Source: Octopus vulgaris (lineage: Eukaryota). Taken from it: 64,000 nt of DNA. Each line of letters begins with the position of its first letter. Positions within the stretch are counted from its first letter, which is position 1. Under the pieces are notes generated by a model. It was given only the letters and a program-made list of their open reading frames with translations. It did not search any database and was not told the DNA's origin. Below, piece after piece: positions 12,092 through 25,717 of the stretch. Both the position numbers and the translations under genes were made by a program. The DNA lies in contig OX597816.1 of assembly GCA_951406725.2 (NCBI GenBank), positions 130,200,001 to 130,264,000 of the forward strand, in the 5' to 3' direction.

Positions 12092-14221
12092 CTGGAAAGA
12101 AAAAGATTACAGATTGAGAATAAAGAAAACCTAAATGATAAACATTTTAATAGGTACCTATACAAGTCAAGGTATCAAAATCAGAGATCAACAGTTTTAT
12201 GGCTTCCCTTCTAACTTTCTTTATGAGACATACACAATGATGGCTTTTTATATCACAATCAACAGCCTATGTACAGCACAAAACTTGGAAGACAAACTTA
12301 ATAAATCATAAATATGAAAATGTAGTGAATACTTCAACAAATGGTTCCTGCAAATAATACCAATGACCTGTTAGGTATATGTTATATGATATTTGTTGAA
12401 CTATTTGCACATGAAATTTGTTCAAAAAGGTGACTTTTGTGCAGACCACAGGATATACAAGAAGTACAGCACGGGTAAGTGGTTAAGAAGTTTGCTCTGC
12501 AACTACATAGTTCCAGATTCAATTCCACTGCATGGCACCTTTGATAAGTGTTGTCTACAACAGTCTGAGTAGACTAATGGCTTGTGAGAGGAATTTAGAA
12601 GATGCAAACAGTGCAGTAGCTTTTCATATCATCATCATTTTATCATTCCATGCTGGTGGGGATTGAACGAAAAAAAAAAACTGGACAACTTTAGTTTTGT
12701 GTAGTCTTTCTTACAGTGAAATTCTTTTTATCTTCTTGAGTTCTGCTTAGAGTGTTAGTTGAATAGCTTCAGGTTAGCTCTCACCAAAGACAACTATGGC
12801 GCATAATTATTTGACTGAATGACTAAGTGTGACTGTCTAACTGAGGGCCATGCTGTACATGCCAACAAGCATTGATACAAGTCACATGGAGTACAGTGGG
12901 ACAATTTAGTTATGTAATGAAAGAGTTTTCGTGCAGTCACTCAAGCTGCTCAAATTGCAGCAAATCACCTTCAAAGTTCACCCTATTGTCTTAAAAATGA
13001 TGAATATAGTGGATAAAATAGTTCTGAACATAATATGCCAGAATATGTCAAATGACAGGTTCATCACAGGGAAACATACAGTAAATAGAAATATTTGGTT
13101 GAAGACTAAGAGGTAGTGAAGCAGAATCAAACAATGTTGATACCATTGACCTTATCCACTGTTCTCAATGAGAAATATTTTGTAATTGACAAGGAAGTTG
13201 TAAATGTCATTGTTGCAGTAGAGAGAAATAAATTAAAAACAAAAAGTGTTTCAGCAGATAAGTTAGTGTTGACATATTGTTTAATGAAGTGAGCATTGAA
13301 AATTTAAATAGAAATACTTATGTGCTGAGAAATTGACAACATTAGTTCAATGGCTAATATTGTTCTAATCATTCCAGATACCACAGGAGATATGTCCAGA
13401 CATGTATACAACAACTGTCTGGATAAAAGATAGCATCCGAGAAACAGCAAATAACTTTGCAGCACTGAAGTAAACCTATTAAATCCTACAAACTAAATAA
13501 AATCTAGTCATTGAGTACATATTCAGGGTAGTAAAAACTATAAATTTACTTCAAAAGTTAAATGATCTCATAAACTAAAGGCGGCATTTAAACAAAATAA
13601 CCAGAGCATTAATTCCACTGACAACATAAAATTAATATATAATATAAAAATTAAAAATCAGGACACCTTGTATTAAACAAAAAGGCATTATCCATTCATT
13701 ATTCAAAAGATTATTCAATGCTGCAACTCACATCCAAAACAAACTTAACATGATAAATAATCATATAACCCCATAGTTACATATAAATAGTGCTTAATGT
13801 GACCAAACTAAAAGGAAAATAAAAACAGAAGAGCAGTCTTTGGAAATGAATTAACATTCAAAATAGATATCTTATATGCATCTCTACAATGAATACTGTA
13901 TAAAAGGCAGGTAATTCTTAGATTTAATCTGCTATAGACAGTATTATGATTTACTCTCAATAACTCTCCATAACATCATATACTTTTGTCAACTATTATA
14001 ACAATAATATATGTTTTCCTTAACTGCAATTATGATTTAATAAAATTGCAAATGTTAAATGAGAACAAGAGAAAAATTAATTACTTTAGATGTAATTTCT
14101 TTAATATCACAATATAAAAATAGTTAGTAAGATCAAATGACATTATCTAACAATGTTATTCACAAGTTTCAGCCAAATCTAAACTGTTTCTATGAAATAT
14201 ACTAAGAAAAGTAAGATGCTA

Positions 14222-14518
<297 letters not shown>

Positions 14519-15379
14519 TTACAAATAAAAGTCAAAACTGGATCGAGAGCTCATTTTACTAGAAGCACTCATTTACTCTACAGCACTTTCTTAATAATAT
14601 TCACAACTGTCAGCTGTCATAATATTTATCTTTAAATAGAAAGCAGCCAAAATTATTCTAAGTAATTTTGGAGAATTATTCTGCGTAATATTAGAGTTGA
14701 CAATGAGGAAGCTATGAAGCTAAATAGTCTGCTAGCAGATACATCTTTGTAGCTAGCAAGCATAATATATATTTCATTGGCTTGCTCCATGTCATAGATT
14801 AGCTAAGGGTTTAATGTACAATATGGGTTATCAAAACTTTACCAAGAAATTTGCTGTTCTTCATATTATTATTACAGTATGGATTAATCAGAAAGACTGT
14901 ATTAATCATGGCAGACAAAAACGTATGTACTGCAAAAAAAAAAGTATAAATATACAGCCATCAGAAACAGACAGAGCTGTGTGATGAAGAAGCTCATTTC
15001 AAAACTATGTGGTCTAAAGCTCAATCCCACTGCATGGCACCTCAGACAAGTGTTTTCTACCATAGTTTTAGATCAATCTGAGACTATATGAGAAGCCCAC
15101 TGGAAGGACTGTTTTAGTTTTTAAACAGTAGACTAAACTCACCACCATCTTGCACACACCCAATTGCATACATTTAGTTGCACACAGGATCCTGTTTGAG
15201 GAGAATATGCCAATTGCTTCCCACTAATTTTGGAGTCACTTAAAAAGTTTATGGGTGCAGCTCTTGGAACTTTAAGTCATGTGTAAAAGACAAACACGTT
15301 AAAATCATTTAGGGTTAGAGAAGCAGTTCTCTTTCAAGCACTATACAGAATTAAAATCAACTTGGTCAACTTTACTTAC

Positions 15380-15582
15380 CTGACCAAAATGAGCTGGATA
15401 ACCAAGCATGTGTATATATAATAATTTAGCCACATTTCTGCAACGATAAGTGTTATCTTCATCTCTAAATGAGTCCCTAATTTGGGCACATTCTTTGTTC
15501 ACTACAGCCCGTTCATCAGCAGCAGTACGGGCTGATCGGATCTCCCTTATCAGGTCCCGTAATCTCTTCGGGGTTGGCATAC
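15380..15582 (-). CDS. AP1G1: AP-1 complex subunit gamma-1 (gamma-adaptin), first conserved coding exon ([24 protein letters not shown]...[10 protein letters not shown]); ATG at 15580-15578
   Basis: Translation matches the gamma-adaptin N-terminus (RLRDLIR...[22 protein letters not shown]). Acceptor ttttgacAG|GTATG, donor CAG|GTAAGT. 201 nt from ATG to donor, as recalled for the human exon. Confidence 0.97.
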
Positions 15583-16129
15583 CTGTCAAAAAATTACATA
15601 GAATTCTTACTCAAAAGGTTCGTTAATAATTACATTAAAAATATTAAAGCTCAACATATAACTCATTTATGTGTTTTTATTTTAAACAACATTTGAGGAA
15701 GCTATTTAACCCCATAGTATTTAATTTAGAAAAACATCAAAAACAACAGTGCATTGTAAAATAATAGCATTATAATTCTTTCAATGCAGAAGAAAAAAAA
15801 ATTATGAATAAAATAAATACAAATTAAACTATGATCAGGAGCCAATCAGAATCAAAGCCTGGAATCAAAGTAATTATAATCAAGAATCATGTACAGAATA
15901 TAAAAAAGCAGAAATTTACTAAGGATAAATTTGATTTATTTTAGTGGACAGAATAATATCAAATAAAGTAGTTAACATTGGACACAACTCAGATATCAAA
16001 TTAGTTTAGGGAACAAAGTAAAAAAACCAATGATCCAATACTCTTATACTATATGGGGTCAGATCACTAATAATATATAAGATAAGAGTGAATAAAAACT
16101 CAAAATTATGAATACAATGCAAAGACTAC

Positions 16130-18150
16130 ACAAATGATAAAGATTTCTGGCAAACTTACAGGAAACCAGAATTTTATAGTTATGAAATAAAGGCTATGTT
16201 CTACAGAGATGTCTAGCTGATTATACTAAAATTCTGCTCAATGATGGTATAATTATTATTGAAAGTATAGTAACTAGGATACAAACATCACAATTACATT
16301 CCAAAGAAGATTCAACTTCGGGAAAGCAAACTGATCTGGCTTCCAAGATCTAGAAAGGAAGATCATGTCACCTAGCAGACATCAAGAATTACGACAATTT
16401 TACAAAGTTTGGGTACCAAGCAGCCTGCAAGAATATAAAGAGACAGTCGCCTCAATACATTATAGGCCCAGATACTCAAAGTATCAAACTATAAGCAATA
16501 CCAATAGCTTTATCAATCTCAAACTTCTGGACTGACTTAGCCATCTCCTCCTAAAGAGATTAATATCAGCATCAACACCAATAAGACTGGTAAAGCTTTT
16601 GGACTGGATAACATTTTCATAGAAGGGATCAAACAGTTTTGGACCTCTGACATGGAAGTAGATCTTTGAGCTAATGAACCCATGCATGCTGACAAAAACA
16701 CATCTCAAAGAACTGGAGGAAAATCAGGATTTTCTCAAATTGGGTCGAGATCCAGCATATGCAAAGAACTTTCATTTGATTTCTCTGCTATGCCCCAAAC
16801 ATAAGCTGCTTGAGCATCTGATTATTAACATGCTTGTCCCTGCTGTTGAACCAGCCACCATTCCTCAATATGCTGAATTCCAACCTGGCAAATCTACAAC
16901 AAGCCAACTTCTGAATCTCACTCAGCAGACAGAGGATAACAGGAGCAGATTTCACTGATCTGTTTGCCACATATAACACTTTGAAGTATTGCCTCCTCCC
17001 AAAAAAGATCTTGGAGTTGACAAAAGATCTGGCAGATACTGACTGCATAGGAGCTTTCCAAGTTTTAACATGATGTTACAGGATTATTGGTGTTTCTTTG
17101 TGGTTGTCAATGACAATAGAAAAACTTACTCCAAAGTAATGTGCTAGCCCTACTACTATGTAACTTCTACACTAATGACAAGCCAATGAATCAGAGAGAA
17201 CATTTGAAGCAGTAGAAACAAATCTCACCTCAGTTTTAGGTGAACTACTCCTCTATCATGAATGTAACCACCTACATGCCAACCACGAAAAGGTAAATTT
17301 GAGCCTGCTCATTCCATCTCAAGAATTGTGAAGCACCTCTTAACATCAAATGGTCTGGAACATCACTGTACCTACCCTGTCTACGTTGGAGTTACCTTAG
17401 CACGCACTATTTCTTTCCAGCATATCAAAAACACCAAAATGAAAGTCAGTTTAATATCCTACAGAAACTAATCAACTACAAATGGGGAGCTACAGCACAC
17501 ACATTATAATCCACCGATTTAACCTTGTGCTATTCTTCGGTGAAGTATACATATCCTGCCTGGGAGAGATTAACCTATACCCAGAAACTTACAGTACTGA
17601 ACAACACCTGTTGCTTGATCACAGCTGCATGAAATCCACCAACAGAAACAACCTGCACCTCTTTGTTAGCATTACTCCTACTGATATCAGATGGGAAGTA
17701 GCCAGGCAAGTTGAGATGACAAAGGCTACTAGTAATGAATGCCACTCCATCCATGGATGTCAATCTCTGACTAATAACTGACGTCAAGGAAAAACTTCCT
17801 CAGTCACATCCAGTCCTTAACATCCGAGGAAGAAACCATGCTTCAGCTCTGGATGGAAAAGCTGGAGAATGACTTTCCTCCAATTGGCATGGGAATCCTC
17901 TCCTGCTTCAGACCTCCCTCCTGACTCAGAATTACCATGGAGTCAGTGGAAAACACTCAACATTGCCTGACAACAAGAATAGGATGATCAAAAGCTGCTT
18001 CAGTCATAAGAGGAACAAGACCAACTCATCCTATGAATGTAGAGAAGCAATCTATACTACTACTACCCAAGTTTTGCAGTACAAAAGACTTTGCACAGTA
18101 TAGTAAAAAAGCAAAGAACTGTCCAAAGAAATGGGAAACTGTTTTACAGC
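16130..18150 (+). mobile_element. Decayed Vingi/Ingi-like non-LTR retrotransposon (RT and C-terminal region)
   Basis: Recognisable motifs across frameshifts: QYAEFQPGKSTTSQLLNLTQ..ED, NFYTNDKP, FHLKN, YVGVTL, ILQKL...WG, LITxCMKST, PWSQWKTLN. The pattern resembles Vingi-type RT ORFs (clade from recall). Confidence 0.8.
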
Positions 18151-20484
18151 CATTGCATTTCAAAGAATTGAAAAATCACTATTGGCAACAAAGGGTTTCT
18201 CTGGCTGTATAAAAAGTAGATATACGTAGTAAGTATAAAAGATTTGACATTAGTGAAATTATGAGCAATGAGTGCTGAATAAGATGAAATATGAGTGTAC
18301 ATGAATTGGGAAGATAGCTTAACATGTAAGTATTCACCAATGGCACAAGAGTACTGCATTGAATGCATGTTATATACAAGATGAAAGTGTTGTGTATTGA
18401 AGGAGGAAAGTAGTAATGGTTGAGAGGTATACAAAGTATGACATATGAGAAAGTGGTGAGCTCCAATCTGAAGATAAGCCTCACATAATACAAAATGAAA
18501 ACAATGTAAATAGTACAGTAGACCCATCCAACCCACACAATCAAAGAAAATTCAATTAATTTTATTCCTATTTCTATCTAAAAAAAAGTCTTATTCACCA
18601 TTTCAATATTATGAAGTGATTATCATAAGACCTTTAAAATAAAAAAAAAACAAAAAACAGCAGCTGACAAGGGAAATAATTTCAATTTCTTTTGAACTTC
18701 TATTGTTTTCATTTCCATTAGCCAATGGAAGAAGTCAACTTCTACCATTTTGATTTTAAAATAAGTTCCATTTAAATAACACATTTTCCAGCAGAAAAGG
18801 AAGAAAATTGAAATAGAAAAAAAAAGGAAGACTTTTAGAATACAAGATAAATCAAAAAAAAAATACAGTAAGTATTCTCTGGCAGACAGTAAAAAGCTTT
18901 GAAATTGCTCAAGAGTGAGGGAAATAGGTGAATAGTAAAATAAAAATGAAATAAAAAAGCCCATAAAAAATTTTAAAATATATATAATGGCAGATATCAA
19001 GCATAGAAAGCACAGCAATAATATAAAGCTGTAAAGGTCAGTTCAGGAAGGATCATTAAAACACGTACTATTTTCTTCCAAAACTTAGTGAAACCACCAA
19101 GAAAAATGTAGAATCAATACTGGGGGTGATCAAAGATTTGAAAAACATCATAAATTGCTGGGTTTTGAGGTGTTCGTTCAGCTGTTTTTACATTTCTGGG
19201 ATTATATTTAGGCCAACATAAGTGGTCCTTTGCGTATATAACATCAAACCCTTTTCAAAATAAAAATAACAGTTGAAGTGTGCAGTTTTTTTTTTGTAGA
19301 TCTTATTGGTTTTGTTCTGGTTTTCATAGATGCTGCTTATGAAGTAAAGTCATTAAGACCCTTATATGCTTAAATCAAAATCCCATCAATTATGCTCAGC
19401 ACATAAAACAAATAAAATCTGTAAGCTAAATTTATTATAGAAGCAACACATCAGCTATTATTAGCTAAAATTGCTTAAGAAAGTCATTCCATTTCCTTCA
19501 GTTAATTACTTCTAATTTTAAGACATAGCTTTCCTCATGTTACAAATTAGATTGAATAGAAAGACAACTAAAAAGAAATCTCTCTCTCTTTTCAACAAGT
19601 GTAACCATTCATACTCACTGAGAAATTGAAATTCTCTAGAATCTTACATGAATAAGGGCAGAAAAGAATGGGAGATGAACAAATTAGCTTTATAATAATA
19701 TTACAACAGAGTATTAAAAAAAAAGGAAAAGAGAAACTATGTTCTCACTCAAAGTTAATATGGCAGAAAAAAATCATGAAATCTATTTTGCTGTATGAAG
19801 CTGAACAGATTTTGTTTATAATGAATAAGAGATATACTTGAAAAAAAAAAATATCTTCATACAGATCTACTTGATGTATTAAATGATTACATGTAGTTTT
19901 GATTAGAAGTGTAGAAGGAATTTTACTGTAACAATGTTAGCCATTGAAAAAATATGTTATTCAATCCACCGACAAAAAAAAAAATATTCACCAGATCAGA
20001 GAAGAAAAGAAAAAAAAACCCCACCTACTAGTAGTCACTGAAATAAATCATTTATCTTATTAAGAGCTTTGATTGTCTGAAGCCACTCGATAGCTTTGAT
20101 TTAATGCCATCATCAATATCATTGACTAAATTTAAAAAGAAAATCCTAATGCAAATTCAAATATAATAATATTATCTGCAGTTTATTTTCTTTTGAAGAT
20201 TTAATAAACACTAACAATAAACCTTATGAAGTTGAAACACAAAATACTCAATCAAATGAAATTAACACCCACTTATCAATTCACCAGAGACTACTGACAA
20301 CTGTTTAAACTAGGGAATAAAAAAATATATCCATTCAGAGAATTTTTTTAAAATCCAAAAGTGAATTATACATATGTATGTATGTATATATATGTATATA
20401 TATATGTATATATATGTGTGTGGGTATATATATATATATTTATTAAACAAGTAATATATAATTAAATTATTTAAAACCACTTAC

Positions 20485-20529
20485 CAATAGAAGTTTTGAA
20501 GATGTTCGCCATGTTGAGAAGCACCAATG
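20485..20529 (-). CDS. AP1G1: Candidate 45-nt upstream AP1G1 exon (xLVLLNMANIFKTSI-G); internal ATG at 20512-20510
   Basis: Acceptor tttatcttttAG, donor TTG|GTAAGT. Open frame ending in phase 1, so G+GT ATG CCA joins exon 15582 in frame. ATG in strong context (caacATGG). Confidence 0.7.
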
Positions 20530-22471
20530 CTAAAAGATAAACTAACTAATGGTCAAACTTTAAAGTACACAATGATTTATTGTAGTCTATCAGCAGTTAG
20601 AACAACTAAATTAGGTTAATGCAGCAGTTATCTATCAAGTAAATAACCATAAGTTAGTCTAAAGGCAAAATTCAACCATTCAGATATATTGAACCACTGA
20701 TAAACAGAAAAAAAAACAACAAAAAATGTACTTGTTCCCTAATATAAAAAGCTGAACTTGTTATTCAGTAGAGTAACAAGGTGGATAATTGATAGCAGTC
20801 TTCTGAAAAGCCAATGTGACTGCTAACCTTTAATTTACAACAACCAAGAATGACTCAAAAGTGTTTAGATGAAATTAGGAGTGAGAAATATTAGTTAAGA
20901 AATGTTCTGTTAGAACAGTTAGTTAAAGGCATGAATTTATATTCAAATAAGAAAATGGTATTTTTAATGATATGTGTATGACGCTACTGAAAAGGATGCT
21001 TAAATGAGGTTTAACAAAATATCAATGAATTGCTCCAACAGCAAATGTGTTAAGCAGTTTTTGCAATGCATTTTCTATCCACAAAAGTGCGCGCACATGT
21101 GTTTGTGTGTGTGAGTTTATATATATATAAGGGAATAGCTGCATTATTAATTACTAGATCTATGTTATTGTAGAAAATAATAATTTTATACATTCATCAA
21201 TTAGTTTAATCAGGATTGAATTAAGAACAGATTTACATATATATATATATATATGTATATATATATCTCGGTCTAAATAAATGTAACTTTTATTTGAATA
21301 TAGTTTATAAATTTAAACAAATTAGAAAATATGAATTATAAATGATTCTTCATAAATGCTTTAACCAATTACACAAAAAAAAGAAAATGGAAACAATTGA
21401 ATGGAAACATTAAAATGTTTACAAATTATTTGTAATATGAAAAAAAAAGTCAACAATTTAAAAGCATATGAAAACAACAAAATTAACTACTTAGTAGGTT
21501 AATTATATATAAATACACATACATAGATGTGCCTTATGTTACTCTAATAAACACATGTAAACATGCTTGCATGCAGACATTTACCTAGCATTATTAAAGT
21601 TTCATTATGACTGCTTAAAATTTTGAAATGTAACTAATTTAAATGCTTTTTTAAAATAATTTTCTTTATATCTGTTACATTACAGCTTATATATTTAAAA
21701 ACAACAGCATTTAGTCTTTTTTAATTTATAACTATAAAAAGCAATTAAAACATGAAAATTATCAGTAGATTGTTAGAGTGAATATTAAAAATATTTATTT
21801 AATGCATTATTGTGTTAGCTGTGCAATCTTTAGAGACTATGGTGATTAGTATAAATTTAAAGTTATTAGTGTGATATAAGAAAATCCTAATTCACTAGCA
21901 TGCTTAATGTAAATATGTTGACCTAAATTTTGGTAACATCAGTTTAAAATCTAGACATGTATTTGGATATGAAAAAATGTTATAAAATATGAGTTGAGCT
22001 CAGAATGAGTGGTATTATGAAAAGATGGAAATACAAAGTAACACTTGATGAATGAAAGCAAATGCAGTCTTGGTAGGGTTTAAATAGAGAAATGAATAGC
22101 AATCTGGTTATGGAAAAGCACCCAGTCCAACATAACTGTGTGTGAATTGTACAGTTCAAGTAAACTGATTGAAATATTGATCAAACACAAAATATATATT
22201 TGATTTTATGTTGTTGTTATTTTGGAATTTTTCTTATCCAAGAATCAATTTTTAAAAGAAATGAAAAATCAATTTTTATCAAGTGAGAAGACATTTTATT
22301 TGTTTATTCATTTTTGCAAATGAATCAAATGATTATTTCATTGAAAAAAACTTATAGCCTATTTTGTTGTGCTATAAACCTCATCTGCAAATTCAATAAA
22401 CAACAGCAGGTATTAATCGTAAATATTATAGCTACTGAAGCAAATATATGTCATCCAATTCTTTAAATTCT

Positions 22472-22684
22472 TTTCTACTCTAGGTACAAGGCCCGAAATT
22501 TTTTTGGGGAGGGGGCCAGTCGATTAGATCGACCCCAGTATGTAACTGGTACTTAATTTATCAACCCTGAAAAGATGAAAGGCAAAGTTGACCTTGGTGG
22601 AATTTGAACTCAGAACGTAAAGACAGATGAAATACCGCTAAGCATTTTGCCTGGCGTGCTAATGTTTCTGCCAGCTCGCTGCCT
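22472..22684 (-). mobile_element. tRNA-derived SINE (local family C) with an 18-bp direct flanking repeat
   Basis: Minus strand ggcagcgagctggcagaa...gagttcaaattcc (A/B-box-like). tccaattctttaaattct at both 22454-22471 and 22685-22702. Confidence 0.9.
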
Positions 22685-25228
22685 TCCAATTCTTTAAATT
22701 CTACATTAGGCTTGAAGGTGATTTTTCTTTTGTTAAACATTTGCAAAACCAGCAACTACATTCATCATCTGGACACTACTGATTTCATGTGTTTATTTTT
22801 GTGAGCTTTTTAGTCTAATATCACTAAATCTTTTTTAACTAATGAGATAATTGAATAAAATACCTATTTAATGCATGATTAGTGTATGAAATGCTCACCT
22901 ACCAAAGTAGAATAAAGGACTAATAATTCATTATTTTGGTCAAGAACAAAACAAACACTTCGTGCAGTTCTTTGTGAAATTGAATTCATTTTCCTAGTCA
23001 AAATATCTTTCAAGCACTTTAGTAACTTGTCTAACCTAGCAAGTTTCTTTGAAAAATAGTATTTGAACAATAGCTAATTAAAGAACAGAGCAGAACTCAT
23101 GGCTCTTTTTATGCTTGCCCAAAGATAGTGACAATTAAGTACAAATAGTTGGAAGTCCTTTGTTTTGTTAATATCCAGACAGGTAGCTGGAAGATGGACT
23201 ATAACTGGATAATGAAGTTGAATAAACACTAGATATGTACCTGAGAAAAGTGACTGATAGTGAGAGCTAAAGAAGCCACATTTGAAGCAGATTAATTAAT
23301 ATTAGAGGAAGAAGAAATAGCCTAATTCTTTAAGATAAGTTTTGTCACAGCTTAGAATTTAAGATGGGTGAGGCCAAAAAGACCAATATTCATAGGTTGC
23401 TGCTGACTAATATCTCAATTCCCATGCAGGAGCCAGCTAGCAGTTAGTAGGCAAAGAATGCATTCATTTTCCTTATGGGTGAAGGGAGGTCACCAATCAT
23501 GAACAGGAGTGAACAAAATACATGATTATGCAATGTTGTTAGAGTGTAGGATAAAACACTTTATGGTATTCCTTTTCTGTACTCCAAGTTCAAATCCTGC
23601 TGAGGTCTTATCCTTTCAGATGCAATAAAGTACCAGTCTAGGCAGGCAGAATTGTTAGAGTGATAGATGAAATGACATACAATCTCTCTTTGTTCCAGCT
23701 TGATGTGGTCTATATTCAAATTCAACCAATGATCATGGTTAATCATCCAGCCACAGGAGCATCCCAACCATCTTGCAATTGGCCAATATGGACAAATAGG
23801 TATACAACCAACATAAATAAGCCTGTAACATCATGTTAAAACTTTCTTCCAGAAGGGGTTCAAACATGGCTAAAAAGAATGAATTAAACTAGCCTCCTAG
23901 GTCATTACTCAAACTTTTAAATTTTGAGGAAACCACTTCTGAGAGAGCTTTCCTATTACTGATACTAATAGGAGATCAACACAAATAAAAGGCAGTGTAT
24001 CATCAAGTCTATCTAAAATCGCATGTCTAGTCTGAGTGTTTGTAATATTGTGGACTAAAGGCAACCAAGAACTAGAAAGTGGCTTTTAAATTAATTGGCA
24101 GAAGCTTATTACAGTAAAAACAAAAGTAGCTATGGAGTGTATGTAGCAGGTCAGCAGCAGTAGATAGGTATTATACCATGTTATTAATGGTAATTTATTC
24201 CTTTTCCTACTCCTTGCCATCATTGTTTTAATGTACAAGTTTTCTGTTTTGTTGTGAGTTGTGATGACATGTACATTTGTCATGATGTGTCATCAATTTT
24301 GTTGGGCCAAAAATTTTTAAATACCATCAATTAATGCTTATATAACTAATATTTATCTATCATTAAATCTTCTATCTATTAAAAAAAAAAAAAAGAGTAA
24401 ACAGTTACTAGCTTACAACAAAAAATTTGTTTATGCAAACCTTTAAACAGATTATTTTTTACAACTACCATACAAACAATCTCCATAAAGGTTAGCTATA
24501 AGTATGCTAAGATCAATAAGTATTATTTGGAAGTTATGCTCTGGAAGGATAAATAATTTCTTTATATTGATATGAGACAGTGGTTTTCCTTGTAACTCAT
24601 TTTTTGTGGTTGCTGTGGTTATTTTTTTAATTAAATTTCTTCATTGGTATTAATGATTTTGACATTTATTGATCTGCACTAATAAATTTAATAAAACTCT
24701 AGTTTACTATGCAAAGTAGTAGTCTTGTTATATATACATACAATCTATTGATTTTAGGGTAAGTTAGAATTCCTAAGGGTTAAGGGAAATATCTTGGGAG
24801 ATTTCAGGATTACATAGTCATGCATTTATGGTTAGTACTGGGAATTAAAAACATGCAGTGATTAGGTTTACTAGAATAAAGCTTGCAATATTTTGAAGAT
24901 TCATATGTCTGGCATTAGCAAGTAATCTTGCTTGTTTTTTTCCACCCTTTACTTTGTTATAATTTTAAAAGAGAAATACAATTCTTAACAAAATTTTCAG
25001 TTCAATAGTTTTCTCCATCTTCAAAATATTGCTACATAAAGAAGTTTTAAATTTTAAAACAATTCTGTGCATTTTATTACCTTAAATATACAAATAAAAT
25101 ATTGGCTTTGGAAACTTATACACATAGCTTTATTAGTGGTATTAGTTGCTTGTGGTGAGGAAATGTCTAGGGGTTTAAAATGTTAGAATTTAAGAAAAAA
25201 TATTCACAAGAAAAGTGGATGTATTTAC

Positions 25229-25298
25229 CTTTCAATGACCAAATTGCTCTATTTCTTAATACAACATTTTTTGGGATTTGCGCCAATATAGTCGTTGA
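25229..25298 (-). CDS. AP1G1: Candidate 70-nt upstream AP1G1 exon (STTILAQIPKNVVLRNRAIWSLK-)
   Basis: Strong acceptor ttcatttcttctttttgctAG, donor AAG|GTAAAT. Its only open frame is phase 0 in and phase 1 out, which the downstream exons require. Confidence 0.45.
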
Positions 25299-25702
25299 CT
25301 AGCAAAAAGAAGAAATGAATTTCTTTCAAAATGCTTAACTAAAATAGCACTAAATTGTATAGCTATACGTTTAGGTGAGTGTTCTTCCTTTCCTTTTTGT
25401 TGTTATTGTATGCAAATGTCATATATATAATTCATATTAAAAAACTGTTAACACACAAGTAATAAAAAAAAAGCTACAGTAAAAGCTTTTCTAAATATTT
25501 TGTTTCTATTTCTCCAAGTTGAAGGTGTTTGCAAATTTAGACACATGAACAGAGATAATGTTTTGATTTGATATCCTTATTAACATAAACTATTTTGTAA
25601 TGGGATTGATAGTAAAATTTTGGGAAAATTTTCAGTTCATACCCAACAACCAGTAGTTCTGCATTATAGTCACTCGCTCACTTTTCCCCTTCACACACTC
25701 AC

Positions 25703-25717
25703 ATGCTGAGGATTCAT
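25703..25717 (-). CDS. AP1G1: Candidate start-codon exon end (MNPQH)
   Basis: ATG AAT CCT CAG CAT|GTGAGT, with a consensus donor and an in-frame TAA upstream. Phase 0, matching the 70-nt candidate across a 404-nt intron. Confidence 0.35.

Noticed and set aside
18144-19018. 120-131 aa hydrophobic ORFs on the minus strand
   Set aside because: F/I/L/Y-rich composition reflects the T-rich intron strand; no recognisable domain or splice support.
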